64,000 nt of DNA, from NCBI GenBank assembly GCA_965205265.1, contig CBDBGH010000003.1:2592001-2656000 (forward strand). The letters run 5' to 3'. Positions 47,662 through 57,321 of this stretch are shown here, piece by piece. This DNA comes from Alphaproteobacteria bacterium. GTDB taxonomy: Bacteria > Pseudomonadota > Alphaproteobacteria > Bin95. How positions within the stretch are numbered: the stretch's first letter is position 1; each line of letters opens with the position of its first letter. The notes below the pieces were generated by a model. That model was not told the DNA's origin and searched no databases. It was given only the letters and a program-made list of their open reading frames with translations. The position numbers were made by a program, and so were the translations under genes.

Positions 47662-48934
47662 CGCCCTTTCCGGCCTCCGCGTCTTCCGCCGGCCCCGCCA
47701 GCTCCGGCGCCTGAAGTGTTCGGGGCTCGGTCTCCAACTGCTCCAGCGGCGCAATGGTGTCGCTTGCCGAAACGACGCCCAGCCCCTCCAGCTTCCGCGC
47801 CGACGGCAATACCTGCCGCTCCAGCGTGCCGACGCCCCTGTTGTAGCGGTCCACCGCCTGCCGCAGGGACTTGCCGACATCCTCCATGCGGCCGCCGAAC
47901 CGCTTCACGCGCTCATACAGCTCCCGCCCGGTTTCCGCGACCGCCCGGGCATTGTCGGCCAGCCTCTCCTGCTGCCATCCATAGGCGACCGCCTTCACCA
48001 GCGCGATCAGCGTTACAGGCGTCGCGATCAGCACCTTGTTCTTCACGGCCTCGTCGAAAAGCTCCGGGTCGCGCTCGAACGCAGCGGCGACAAACGCATC
48101 GCCGGGTATGAACATGACGACAAGGTCAGGCGATCCCGGCAGGGCGTTCCAGTATTCCTTCGATGACAGCGAACGGATGTGGCCGCGAACATGCTTCGCC
48201 AGCGAATCGAGGTCGGTAGCCCGCTTCTTCTCATCCTCCGTTGCGAAGGCGTCCAGATAGGCTTGCAACGGCGCCTTTGCGTCCACCGCGATGGATTTGC
48301 CGCCGGGCAGGCGTATCACGGCGTCGGGCCTGAGCACCCCGCCCTCGCCCTGCAAGCTGGCCTGCTCGTCGAAATCGACATGCTCCATCATGTCCGCCAT
48401 TTCGAGCACATTCCGCAGTTGGCGCTCGCCCCACCTGCCCGCTCCCGCCGGTCTGCGCAGCGCCTGCACAAGGCGGCCGGTCTCGTCCCGCAACGCCGAT
48501 TGGCCCGCAATAAGGGCCTTCACCTGCTCGGTAATCCCGCCATAGGCTTCCTTGCGCGACTTCTCCAGTTCCTGTGCGCGTTCCTCGACCTTCTTCAACT
48601 CCTCGCGGATCGGCTTGACCAGCGCGGCGACGGCCTCCTCGCGCGCCTTCAGGTCCTTGTCCGCCTCGACCTTGTGCGACTGGAACCGTTCGCTCACAAG
48701 GCGCAGGAAGGAGTCGCTGTTCCTGCCGAGCGCCTCGGCGGCGAGCGCCGTGAACCGCGTCTCGGCCTCGCCGCGCGCTTTCTCGATCTCCTCCAGACGC
48801 GCGGCATGGGCCTGGCGCTCGGCTTCGAGGCCCGCTTCCGCCTTTCCGGCGCGGCTGCGGGCCGGGGCGGCGAAGAGGAACCAGACGAGCGCGGCACCCC
48901 CGAGCGCGCACAGGACGGGCAGCCAGATTTCCAT
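47645..48934 (-). CDS. rmuC: DNA recombination protein RmuC
   Basis: N-terminal TM and coiled coil; G.WGE..L, RPD, VDAK, K.YW, TLIAL. Confidence 0.92.
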   Translation of the reverse strand: MEIWLPVLCALGGAALVWFLFAAPARSRAGKAEAGLEAERQAHAARLEEIEKARGEAETRFTALAAEALGRNSDSFLRLVSERFQSHKVEADKDLKAREEAVAALVKPIREELKKVEERAQELEKSRKEAYGGITEQVKALIAGQSALRDETGRLVQALRRPAGAGRWGERQLRNVLEMADMMEHVDFDEQASLQGEGGVLRPDAVIRLPGGKSIAVDAKAPLQAYLDAFATEDEKKRATDLDSLAKHVRGHIRSLSSKEYWNALPGSPDLVVMFIPGDAFVAAAFERDPELFDEAVKNKVLIATPVTLIALVKAVAYGWQQERLADNARAVAETGRELYERVKRFGGRMEDVGKSLRQAVDRYNRGVGTLERQVLPSARKLEGLGVVSASDTIAPLEQLETEPRTLQAPELAGPAEDAEAGKGDADGR

Positions 48935-49032
48935 GCGTTCTCCTGTTTTTGCCGCAAGCGGGGATAGACGAAAGCCTTCCCGCCGGCAATGCGGAGCGCC
49001 TACACTGGCGCCTCGGCAATCGGGAGGCGGGC

Positions 49033-49896
49033 ATGGCGGAACTGGACGCCGCTGAGCGGGACTTCTTCTGGGAGCATGGCTATGTCGTGGTGGAGGACGC
49101 GGTGGACGCCTCCCTGCTGGCCGAGCTCCGGCGCGATTTCGCCGGCTGGGTGGAGGAAAGCCGCCGGCATGGCGAGCCATACGGCGACACCGCCGACGGG
49201 CGGCCCCGATTCGACCTGGAGCCCGGCCATTCGGCGGACCGGCCGGGGCTCCGGCGCGTCAACGCGCCTATCGAGGTGTCGGACGCCTATTTCCGCGCGA
49301 CCGCCGACAGCCGGATGACCGACTGCGTGGCGGACCTCATCGGCCCCGCCGTCAAGCTGCACCACACCAAGATCAACTCCAAGCTGCCCGGCGGGCACAC
49401 GGAGGTGAAGTGGCACCAGGACTTCCCCTTCACGCCGCACAGCAATGCCGACATCGTGACGGCGCTGTTGATGGTGGACGAAGTGACGGAGGAGAACGGT
49501 CCGCTCAAGGTGCTGCCCGGCTCGCACCGGGGGCCGATCCACGGGCTCTGGCACGGCGGCGCATTCACCGGCGCGGTCGCCGACGAGGTGGCCGCCGAAT
49601 CGGAGAAGGCGGCGGCGATCTGCACGGGGCCGGCGGGCGCCGTCTGCCTGATGCACACGCGCCTCCTGCACGGCTCCGAGCCCAACCGCTCCACCCGGCC
49701 GCGCACCTTGCATATCTCGGTCTATAGCGCGGAGGACGCCGTGCCGAGCTCGCCCAACCCGGTGCCCAACCGCTATGAGGGCCTGATGGTTCGGGGCGAG
49801 CGCAGCGGCCGCATCCGCTCCACCGCCTTCGAGCTGCAACTGCCCCAACTCCCGACCACGGCCTCTTTCTTCGACCAGCAGGCGAAACACGGGTAG
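49033..49896 (+). CDS. Phytanoyl-CoA dioxygenase family (Fe/2OG)
   Basis: WHQD, GSH, LLHGS..N. Confidence 0.9.
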   Translation: MAELDAAERDFFWEHGYVVVEDAVDASLLAELRRDFAGWVEESRRHGEPYGDTADGRPRFDLEPGHSADRPGLRRVNAPIEVSDAYFRATADSRMTDCVADLIGPAVKLHHTKINSKLPGGHTEVKWHQDFPFTPHSNADIVTALLMVDEVTEENGPLKVLPGSHRGPIHGLWHGGAFTGAVADEVAAESEKAAAICTGPAGAVCLMHTRLLHGSEPNRSTRPRTLHISVYSAEDAVPSSPNPVPNRYEGLMVRGERSGRIRSTAFELQLPQLPTTASFFDQQAKHG

Positions 49897-49933
49897 CCCG
49901 CGATCCGTTCGGGTTGGAACGGACCGCGGTCAG

Positions 49934-50014
49934 CGTCGCCCCGGCTCCGAGCCGGGGCCTTCATGAAATGTAGCTCTTGCGGCGCGAGGCCCCGGCTCAG
50001 GGGCCGGGGCGACG
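49934..50014. repeat. Inverted pair of REP-like hairpins between convergent genes
   Basis: cgtcgccccggctccgagccggggcct ... aggccccggctcaggggccggggcgacg. Confidence 0.75.
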
Positions 50015-50041
50015 ATCTCGGGCCCGGATCGGGGCTACGCC

Positions 50042-50164
50042 CTAATTCCGCACAGCCGGCCCGGCGGTAGTCTCGGCGGTCGAGAAGCCGGAATAGTCGA
50101 GCGCCAGGTCGGCGGCCACGGCGATGACGGCCATGGCCAGGAAGGCAATCAGCATGGCTCTCAT
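50042..50164 (-). CDS. 40-aa single-TM/secreted peptide at the end of the FDH operon
   Basis: ATGA overlap with the upstream gene, AGGAGG RBS, MRAMLIAFLAMAVIAVAA. Confidence 0.65.
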   Translation of the reverse strand: MRAMLIAFLAMAVIAVAADLALDYSGFSTAETTAGPAVRN

Positions 50165-51471
50165 CTCTGGCGTCCTCCTTCCTTCGTCGCGTGCTTCAGG
50201 AACGCGATCAGGTCGTCGCGGTCCGCGGGCTTCGCGATCCGCTGCATCGGCATCTTGGTGCCGGGCACGAACCGGTCCGGGCCCTCGTCGAACAGCGCAT
50301 CGATGGTGTCCTCGTTCCACACGAACTCCGCCTCGCGCAACGTCCGCGAATACTTATAGCCCGAAACGCCGCCGGCCGGGCGCCCGAAAATGCCGAACAG
50401 GGTCGGACCCGCCCGCCGGAGCCCTTCCGGGCCGAGCGTGTGGCAGATCGAGCATTTGCGCTGGAACTGGCGCTCGCCATTGCCCATGCTCGCCGGGTCG
50501 CGCAGGAAGCTGCGCTCCTTGCCGCCCATCAGCCCGCCCGAGCCCAGCGCCGCGACCGGCCAGCTGTAGAGCGCATCGTCTATGCCGGCGGCGAGGATGT
50601 CCTGCCCGTCGGCCGAGAACGCAAGCGCCCAGACCGGCCCGCGCAGCGCCGCGCGGAAGTCCCGGAGCACCGTCCAGGCCCGGCTGTCGATGACCTTGAT
50701 GAAGCCCTCGCCGTCGCCGACCGCGAGCCTGTCGCTCTCGGCATCGAAGGCCATGGCCAGGATCGGCCGGCGCTGGAGGGTGAAATCGGCGATCTCGCGG
50801 GCGCTCTCCAGGTCGAGAACGCGGGTTGCGCCGTCCACCCCGCCATAGGCGAGCCAGCCGGCCTCCTCGTCGAGCGCCAGCGTGTTGATGCCGAAGCGCC
50901 CTTTCAGCATGTGCCGCATCTGGACGCCGCGCGCAACGTCCCAGACGCGGATCGTCCCGTCGGTCGAGCCCGAATAGAGCCGCGCGCCGTCGGCGGAGAA
51001 CACGACATCGTTGACGCCGGCGCCATGGCCCTCCAGGAACCGCGCCGGGGCGCCCGACACGGGCCAGAGGCCGATGCGCCCGTCCCAGCTTGCGGAGGCG
51101 ACCAGGCTCCGGTCCGGCGAGAGCGCGAGCGACACCACCTTCGCCCTGTGGCTGCCGAGGCGCTCGGAAACGCCGCGCTCCAGGTCCCAGAGCCGGACAT
51201 GGTTGTCGTCGCCGGCTGACACGGCCGTCGAGCCGTCGATGAAGCGCACCGCGTTCACCGCCGCATCGTGCGCCTCCAGCCAGACCGGCGCGCCCGCCTG
51301 CCAGAGACCCACGGAATAGTCGAAGCTCGCGGTAAGCAGGCGGCTTCCGTCCGGCGAGACGGCGATGCCTCGCACCGGGCCGCCATGACCGGTCAGCTTG
51401 AAGAAATCCCCGGCCGGGGCGCCGGCCGAGGGCAGCAGAGCCAAGACCGCCAGAAGGAACCGGAGACGCAT
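50161..51471 (-). CDS. Secreted WD40-repeat protein fused to a c-type cytochrome
   Basis: Signal peptide, GH...W repeats, CSICH heme motif, GPTL, PGTKMP. Confidence 0.9.
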   Translation of the reverse strand: MRLRFLLAVLALLPSAGAPAGDFFKLTGHGGPVRGIAVSPDGSRLLTASFDYSVGLWQAGAPVWLEAHDAAVNAVRFIDGSTAVSAGDDNHVRLWDLERGVSERLGSHRAKVVSLALSPDRSLVASASWDGRIGLWPVSGAPARFLEGHGAGVNDVVFSADGARLYSGSTDGTIRVWDVARGVQMRHMLKGRFGINTLALDEEAGWLAYGGVDGATRVLDLESAREIADFTLQRRPILAMAFDAESDRLAVGDGEGFIKVIDSRAWTVLRDFRAALRGPVWALAFSADGQDILAAGIDDALYSWPVAALGSGGLMGGKERSFLRDPASMGNGERQFQRKCSICHTLGPEGLRRAGPTLFGIFGRPAGGVSGYKYSRTLREAEFVWNEDTIDALFDEGPDRFVPGTKMPMQRIAKPADRDDLIAFLKHATKEGGRQR

Positions 51472-51487
51472 GGCCGGGCGCCCGGCG

Positions 51488-52705
51488 TCATTCCGCCGCC
51501 GGCGGCGCCTCATGGGCGGGATGGGCCGGCTCGCCCGTCTCCTCCTCGAACCAGAGCGAATGGTGCTCCCTCGCCCATTGCCGGTCCACCTCGCCCGATT
51601 CCATGGCGTCGAACGCGCCCTCCATCCCGATCGAGCCGAGATAGATATGCGCGATGATGATGGCGATGAAGACGAAGGCGACGATGGAGTGCCAGAGCTG
51701 GGCGTATTGCATCTCCTCATGCGGGGAGAGCTGCGCCGGCAGTTCGCCGAAGCCCAGCGCCTGCGAAATGCCGAGCGCGTTCAATATCTCGAAGGTCTTG
51801 GCGAACATCGGCAGCTCGAACGGGAACAGCAGCGACAGGCCGGAGGCCGAAATCGAGATACCGAGGATGACGACGACCCAGAAGACGATCTTCTGGCCGG
51901 CGTTGAATTTCCGCGCCGGCGGGTGGCTGCCGCGCATGAAGAGCCCGCCGCCCTTCGCCATCCAGACGAGGTCGGCGCGGTTCGGAATGTTGTGGACGAT
52001 CCAGAACACGAACACCCAGACAACCGCCAGCATGAAGGCCCAGGCGACGTTGTTGTGGACCCATTTGGACGCGAGCGCGATGGGCGCGAAGGCGTCCTTG
52101 CCGAGCAGCGGGATCAGCAGCGGGCGCCCGAACAGCGTGATGAGCCCGCTGATCGCCAGCAGGATGAAGGAGCCCGCCAGCAGCCAGTGCCCGAACCGCT
52201 CGAGCGCGTTGAAACGAAGAATGGTCTCGCCCGTCCGGCCGCCGTCTATGCGGATCGGCCCGCGGAGCAGCAGGAACAGCGCCAGCAGGCCGACCATGCC
52301 GGCGAGCAGCCAGCCGCCCCACTCGCGCAGCGGCCCCTTGCGCCATTCGAGCCAGCGCATGCCGCCGTCCTGGATGATGATTTCGGCAGCAGGCCCCTTC
52401 GCCGAGACCGTCACATCGGCGCCGCCATAGCGCAGCGCCCGGAAGACTTCCGCATCGGAGGCGCCGCCGAGCGTGCCGAGCTGCATGCGGATGCCCGCGG
52501 CGCGCGCCGGGTCGCCCACGGCCTCGCGGCGGAAGCGGTCGTCGATGCGCTCGCCCCGCTGGCGGGCCCGGATGTCCTCCAGCGTTTGCGCGCCGCCGGT
52601 CGCGGCCCTCGGGTCGCTGTCGGCAGTTTGCTGCGCTGCGGACGGCGAAGCCGCCAGCAGCAGCGCGGCGAAGATCGTGAGCATCGGCAGGCGCAGCAGC
52701 GTCAT
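51488..52705 (-). CDS. Formate dehydrogenase subunit gamma (cytochrome b) with periplasmic N-terminal extension
   Basis: ERFGHW, WVHN, KFNAGQK, AHIY, WAREHH. Confidence 0.92.
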   Translation of the reverse strand: MTLLRLPMLTIFAALLLAASPSAAQQTADSDPRAATGGAQTLEDIRARQRGERIDDRFRREAVGDPARAAGIRMQLGTLGGASDAEVFRALRYGGADVTVSAKGPAAEIIIQDGGMRWLEWRKGPLREWGGWLLAGMVGLLALFLLLRGPIRIDGGRTGETILRFNALERFGHWLLAGSFILLAISGLITLFGRPLLIPLLGKDAFAPIALASKWVHNNVAWAFMLAVVWVFVFWIVHNIPNRADLVWMAKGGGLFMRGSHPPARKFNAGQKIVFWVVVILGISISASGLSLLFPFELPMFAKTFEILNALGISQALGFGELPAQLSPHEEMQYAQLWHSIVAFVFIAIIIAHIYLGSIGMEGAFDAMESGEVDRQWAREHHSLWFEEETGEPAHPAHEAPPAAE

Positions 52706-52831
52706 CTTCCTGTACTCCCGATGAAACCGGCCGGAATCGGTGGCGGTGAGGGGCGCGGCCCCTCCCGCAAATTCAGCATGAGAACCGGCCGGCCCCGCAG
52801 AAGCTTGCGGGGCCGGCCGTTATCCAGGGCG

Positions 52832-53428
52832 TCAGGAGCCCTTCTGGCCGTAGGCGGTGCCCCAGCCCCAGGCGCCGGACCCGAAGCCCCGGGCCACCAC
52901 GCGCTCGCGGTAGATGCCCGAGAGGACATCGCCGTCGCCCGCCAGCAACGCCTTGGTCGAGCACATCTCGGCGCAGATCGGCAGCTTGCCTTCCGCGATC
53001 CGGTTGCGCCCGTATTTGGCGAACTCGGCGGTGGAGTGAGTCTCTTCCGGACCGCCGGCGCAGAAGGTGCACTTGTCCATCTTGCCCCGGGACCCGAAAT
53101 TGCCCGCCTGCGGGAACTGCGGCGCGCCGAACGGGCACGCATAGAAGCAGTAGCCGCAGCCGATGCAGAGGTCCTTGGAGTGGAGGACCACCCCTTCCTC
53201 GTTCTGGTAGAAGCAGTCCACCGGGCACACGGCCATGCAGGGCGCATCCGAACAGTGCATGCACGCCACGGAGATCGACCGCTCGCCCGGCTTGCCATCG
53301 TTGATGGTCACCACCCGGCGCCGATTGATCCCCCACGGCACCTCATGCTCGTTCTTGCATGCGGTGACGCAGGCGTTGCACTCGATGCAACGTTCGGCGT
53401 CGCAGAGAAACTTAGCTCTCGCTCCCAT
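52832..53428 (-). CDS. Formate dehydrogenase Fe-S subunit beta
   Basis: CIECNAC, CMHC..PC..VCP, CIGCGYC...CP, KCTFC. Confidence 0.95.
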   Translation of the reverse strand: MGARAKFLCDAERCIECNACVTACKNEHEVPWGINRRRVVTINDGKPGERSISVACMHCSDAPCMAVCPVDCFYQNEEGVVLHSKDLCIGCGYCFYACPFGAPQFPQAGNFGSRGKMDKCTFCAGGPEETHSTAEFAKYGRNRIAEGKLPICAEMCSTKALLAGDGDVLSGIYRERVVARGFGSGAWGWGTAYGQKGS

Positions 53429-53442
53429 CTCCTTCTCCTCCC

Positions 53443-56337
53443 TCAGGCCACGTAGATCTTGCAGAGAGTGGTCTTGGTCTCCTGCATCTGCGTGACCGAG
53501 TCATAGCCGTAGGTCTGCGCCGTGTTGGAGCTCTCGCCCAGCACGTAAGGGTCGGCGCCTTCGGGATATTTGTGCCTCAGGTCCGCGCCCTCGAAATGCC
53601 CGCCGAAGTGGAAGGGCATGAAGGCGACCCCGACTCCGACACGCTCGGTGACCATCGCCATGACCTTGACCCTGGCGCCCTCGGGACCCTCGACCCAGCA
53701 CTGCGCGCCGTTGCGCACGCCGAGATCGTTGGCGTCCTTCGGGTGGATCTCCACGAACATGTCCTGCTGGAGTTCGGCGAGCCACTTGTTCGACCGCGAT
53801 TCCTCGCCGCCGCCCTCATATTCCACGAGGCGGCCCGAAGTCAGGATCATCGGGTAGTCCTTCGAGAAATCCTGCTTCTGGATCGAGGCATACATGGTCG
53901 GCAGGCGGTAGAACTTCCGGTCCTCATAGGTCGGATAGTCCGCCACCAGGTCCCGACGCGGGGTGTAGAGCGGCTCGCGGTGCAGCGGGATCGGGTCCGG
54001 GAAGTTCCACACCACGGTCCGCGCCTTGGCGTTGCCGAACGGCGCGCAGCCATGCTTGATCGCGACCCGCTGGATGCCGCCCGAAAGGTCGGTCTTCCAG
54101 TTGGTCTTCGGCCCGGCCACAGCGTCGATGGCCGCCCGTTCGGCGTCCGTCAGATCCTTGTCCCATCCCAGGTCCATCAGCATCTGCATGGTGAACTCGG
54201 GATAGCCGTCCTGGATCTCCGAACCGACCGAATAGACGCCCTCGGCCAGCAGGTTCTCGCCGTTCCGCTCCACGCCGAACCGGGCGCGGAAGGTCAGGCC
54301 GCCTTCGGCCACCGGCTTCGACATGTCGTAGAGGTTCGGCGTGCCGGGGTGGCCCATTTCCGGCGGGCCCCAGGAAGGCCAGGGCATGCCGTAATAGTCA
54401 CCGTCGGCCGGGCCGCCGATCGCCTGCAACGTCGTGCGGTCGAAGGTGTGCTGGTTGGCCATGTGCAGCTTGATCCGCTCCGGCGACTGGCCGGTGTAGC
54501 CGATCGTCCACATGCCGCGGTTGATCTCGCCCGTGATGTCCTCGACGAGCGGTGCGTCGCCCTCTTCCACCTTGATGTTGCGGAAGAAGCGGTCCGCCCA
54601 ACCGAACTTCTTGGCGAACTTCGCCATGATGACCTGGTCGGGCAGGCTCTCGAACACGGGCTCCACCACCTTCTCGCGCCACTGGATCGAGCGGTTCGAC
54701 GCGGTGACGGACCCGTAGGTCTCGAACTGCGTCGAGGCCGGCAGCAGATAGACGCCGTCGGTGCGGTCGTGAAGCACGGCGGAGACGGTGGGATACGGGT
54801 CGATCACGACCAGCATGTCCAGCTTCTCCATCGCGGTCTTCATTTCCTTGCCGCGCGTCTGCGAGTTCGGCGCATGGCCCCAAAGCACCATGGCCCGGAC
54901 ATTGTCCGGCTGGTCCATGTTCGCCTTGTCCTCGAGCACGCCGTCGATCCAGCGGGACACCGGGATGCCCTTCAGGTTCATCAGCGGCTTCGACTTGCCG
55001 TCCGCGCCCTCGAGCATCGCGAACTGGCCCTTCAGCCAGTCGAGATCCTCTTCCCAGACACGCGCCCAGTGGGCCCAGGCGCCGCCCGAGAGGCCGTAAT
55101 AGCCGGGCAGCGTATGCGACAGGATGCCGAGGTCGGTGGCGCCCTGCACATTATCGTGGCCGCGGAAGATGTTCGTGCCGCCGCCGGAGGTGCCCATGTT
55201 GCCCAGCGCGAGCTGCAACACGCAGTAGGCGCGCGTGTTGTTGTTGCCCTGGGTGTGCTGGGTGCCGCCCATGCACCAGATCACGGTGCCGGGGCGGTTG
55301 TTCGCCATGGTGCGGGCGACGCGGCGAAGCTGCGAGCCGGGCGTGCCGGTCACGCGCTCCACTTCCTCGGGCGTCCACTTCGCGACCTCTTCGCGAATCT
55401 GGTCCATGCCCCAGACGCGGGTGCGGATGAACTCCTTGTCTTCCCACCCGTTCTCGAAGATGTGCCAGAGGATGCCCCAGATGAGCGCCACATCGGTGCC
55501 GGGCCGGAAGCGGACATACTCGTCGGCGTGGGCGGCAGTGCGCGTGAAGCGCGGGTCGCACACGATCAACGGCGCGTTGTTCTGCTCCTTGGCCTTGAGC
55601 ACATGCAGCAGCGATACCGGATGCGCTTCCGCCGGGTTGCCGCCGATGAGGAAGATCGCGCGGCTCTTGTGGATGTCGTTGTAGGAGTTGGTCATGGCGC
55701 CATAGCCCCATGTGTTCGCAACGCCTGCAACCGTGGTCGAGTGGCAGATGCGGGCCTGGTGGTCCACATTGTTCGTGCCCCAGTAGGCCGCGAACTTGCG
55801 GAACAGGTAGGCCTGCTCATTGCTGAACTTCGCCGATCCCAGCCAGTAAACGCTGTCCGGGCCGCTCTGTTCGCGAATGGACATCATGCCGTCGCCGATC
55901 TCGTCGATCGCCTGGTCCCAGCTGATGCGCTTCCACTCGCCGCCCTCTTTCTTCATGGGATATTTGAGGCGGCGTTCGCCGTTCGCGTGCTCGCGCACGG
56001 CGGCGCCCTTGGCGCAGTGCGCGCCGAGGTTGAACGGGCTGTCCCAGCCGGGCTCCTGTCCGACCCACACGCCGTTATCGACTTCGGCGATCACGGTGCA
56101 ACCGACCGAGCAGTGCGTGCAGACCGACTTGGCGGTTGCAATCGCGCCCTGCGCGGCCTGTTGGGCTTCGGCCTTCGTCACCATGCCGCCGGCGGCGCCG
56201 ATCGCAGCCAGACCTCCGATCGCGAGGCCCGAGCCCCGCAGGAAGGTCCGCCGGTCGACCGATGCCTCCGAAATGTTGGGCAGGATCGAAGTCCGCTGGG
56301 GGCGTCTCGCAACCCCGTTGGTCTTTTTCCTGAGCAT
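53443..56337 (-). CDS. Formate dehydrogenase alpha subunit (Mo/W-bisPGD, Tat-exported, Cys ligand)
   Basis: DRRTFL Tat motif, CTHCSVGC, HCAKG, ARICH, RGHDNVQG. Confidence 0.96.
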   Translation of the reverse strand: MLRKKTNGVARRPQRTSILPNISEASVDRRTFLRGSGLAIGGLAAIGAAGGMVTKAEAQQAAQGAIATAKSVCTHCSVGCTVIAEVDNGVWVGQEPGWDSPFNLGAHCAKGAAVREHANGERRLKYPMKKEGGEWKRISWDQAIDEIGDGMMSIREQSGPDSVYWLGSAKFSNEQAYLFRKFAAYWGTNNVDHQARICHSTTVAGVANTWGYGAMTNSYNDIHKSRAIFLIGGNPAEAHPVSLLHVLKAKEQNNAPLIVCDPRFTRTAAHADEYVRFRPGTDVALIWGILWHIFENGWEDKEFIRTRVWGMDQIREEVAKWTPEEVERVTGTPGSQLRRVARTMANNRPGTVIWCMGGTQHTQGNNNTRAYCVLQLALGNMGTSGGGTNIFRGHDNVQGATDLGILSHTLPGYYGLSGGAWAHWARVWEEDLDWLKGQFAMLEGADGKSKPLMNLKGIPVSRWIDGVLEDKANMDQPDNVRAMVLWGHAPNSQTRGKEMKTAMEKLDMLVVIDPYPTVSAVLHDRTDGVYLLPASTQFETYGSVTASNRSIQWREKVVEPVFESLPDQVIMAKFAKKFGWADRFFRNIKVEEGDAPLVEDITGEINRGMWTIGYTGQSPERIKLHMANQHTFDRTTLQAIGGPADGDYYGMPWPSWGPPEMGHPGTPNLYDMSKPVAEGGLTFRARFGVERNGENLLAEGVYSVGSEIQDGYPEFTMQMLMDLGWDKDLTDAERAAIDAVAGPKTNWKTDLSGGIQRVAIKHGCAPFGNAKARTVVWNFPDPIPLHREPLYTPRRDLVADYPTYEDRKFYRLPTMYASIQKQDFSKDYPMILTSGRLVEYEGGGEESRSNKWLAELQQDMFVEIHPKDANDLGVRNGAQCWVEGPEGARVKVMAMVTERVGVGVAFMPFHFGGHFEGADLRHKYPEGADPYVLGESSNTAQTYGYDSVTQMQETKTTLCKIYVA

Positions 56338-56447
56338 CTTGTTCCTCCGTCAGGCGCCCCGGCCTCGGGCCGGTTCGCCGGGTTCGTCATGCCGATGGCC
56401 GCCGGGCGTCTCGCTACCGTTGGCCATGCGTCGGCGAGAGGCGTCCG

Positions 56448-56645
56448 TCAGAAACGGGCGCTTTCGTAATAGGCGCGCGTATGCGGGGTGTCCTGCATCC
56501 GCTCCCCATTGCTGTCCGGGACCGCCGCTTCGGCCGCCTTGCCCGCCACTGCCGCGACAGCGGCTGCGGGCACGGAAACCGATGCGAGCTTCAGAAAGTC
56601 CCGGCGATTGGTCTTCTCGCCGTCCGTCCTGCTGCTCATGCGCAT
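56448..56645 (-). CDS. Small Tat-motif FDH accessory protein
   Basis: NRRDFLK; C-terminal TPHTRAYYESARF. Confidence 0.85.
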   Translation of the reverse strand: MRMSSRTDGEKTNRRDFLKLASVSVPAAAVAAVAGKAAEAAVPDSNGERMQDTPHTRAYYESARF

Positions 56646-56693
56646 GCTCCTCCTCTGCGTCTGGCCCGCCGCAGCGGACCGGTTCGATGCGGG

Positions 56694-57317
56694 CTAGCCC
56701 GCCGTCATCCGGAACGCCTCTTTCTCGATCTCCATGAACGCCCGTCCCGCAGAACCGACAGGCGCGTAGAAAACCGAATTCCGCGCGCTTTCCAAATCCG
56801 TGAAGAAATGCCCCGCCCAAGGGGCGATGTGCCTGTTGAAGAACCGCCTGGTCTCCTCCAGCGAGGCCGGCTCCCCGAAGCGTCCGAGGATCATGCCCGC
56901 CATCATCTCCATCAGGCTGGCGATATGGTCCTCGGGCTCGTAAACGGCGAAGGCGCGCTGCATGCCGAGTCCGGCCATGTCGTTGCGCAGCGCCGCCAGC
57001 GGCTTCTCGTTGAGGAAGCCCGTGAGGTAGTAGCTGGCATAGGGGAGCAGTTCGCCCCGCCCCACGCCGATGAACAGGGCGGTGTATTCGCTTTCCGCCG
57101 CTTTTTCGGTCGTCGCGCCCGCGACCCGCGAAAGCGCGTGGACGGCGCGGCCGAGCTCGCTGTCGTCGCCGGTGAGCGCCGCCGACCTGTCCAGCAGCGC
57201 TCGGTCCGGCGGCCGGGCCAGCAGCGCGGCCAGAAAATCGTAGAGGTCGGCCCGGAGCCGCTCCTCTTCCGCGATTTCCACGTCCTGCACCGCTTCCGCC
57301 GTCATCGCCTCTCCCAT
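56694..57317 (-). CDS. TorD/DmsD family chaperone
   Basis: PYASYY, EPEDHI, HIAPW. Confidence 0.92.
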   Translation of the reverse strand: MGEAMTAEAVQDVEIAEEERLRADLYDFLAALLARPPDRALLDRSAALTGDDSELGRAVHALSRVAGATTEKAAESEYTALFIGVGRGELLPYASYYLTGFLNEKPLAALRNDMAGLGMQRAFAVYEPEDHIASLMEMMAGMILGRFGEPASLEETRRFFNRHIAPWAGHFFTDLESARNSVFYAPVGSAGRAFMEIEKEAFRMTAG

Positions 57318-57321
57318 CGCC

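Noticed and set aside
55735-55760. Selenocysteine in the FDH alpha subunit
   Set aside because: The ligand codon in ARICH is TGC (Cys) and the ORF is uninterrupted
56340-56447. Moco/tungsten riboswitch upstream of the FDH alpha gene
   Set aside because: GC-rich hairpins are present but I could not match the consensus; needs an Infernal search
53572-56469. 965-aa plus-strand ORF and other long antisense ORFs (20244-22655, 33458-35590, most of 57930-60794)
   Set aside because: Antisense shadows of well-supported genes
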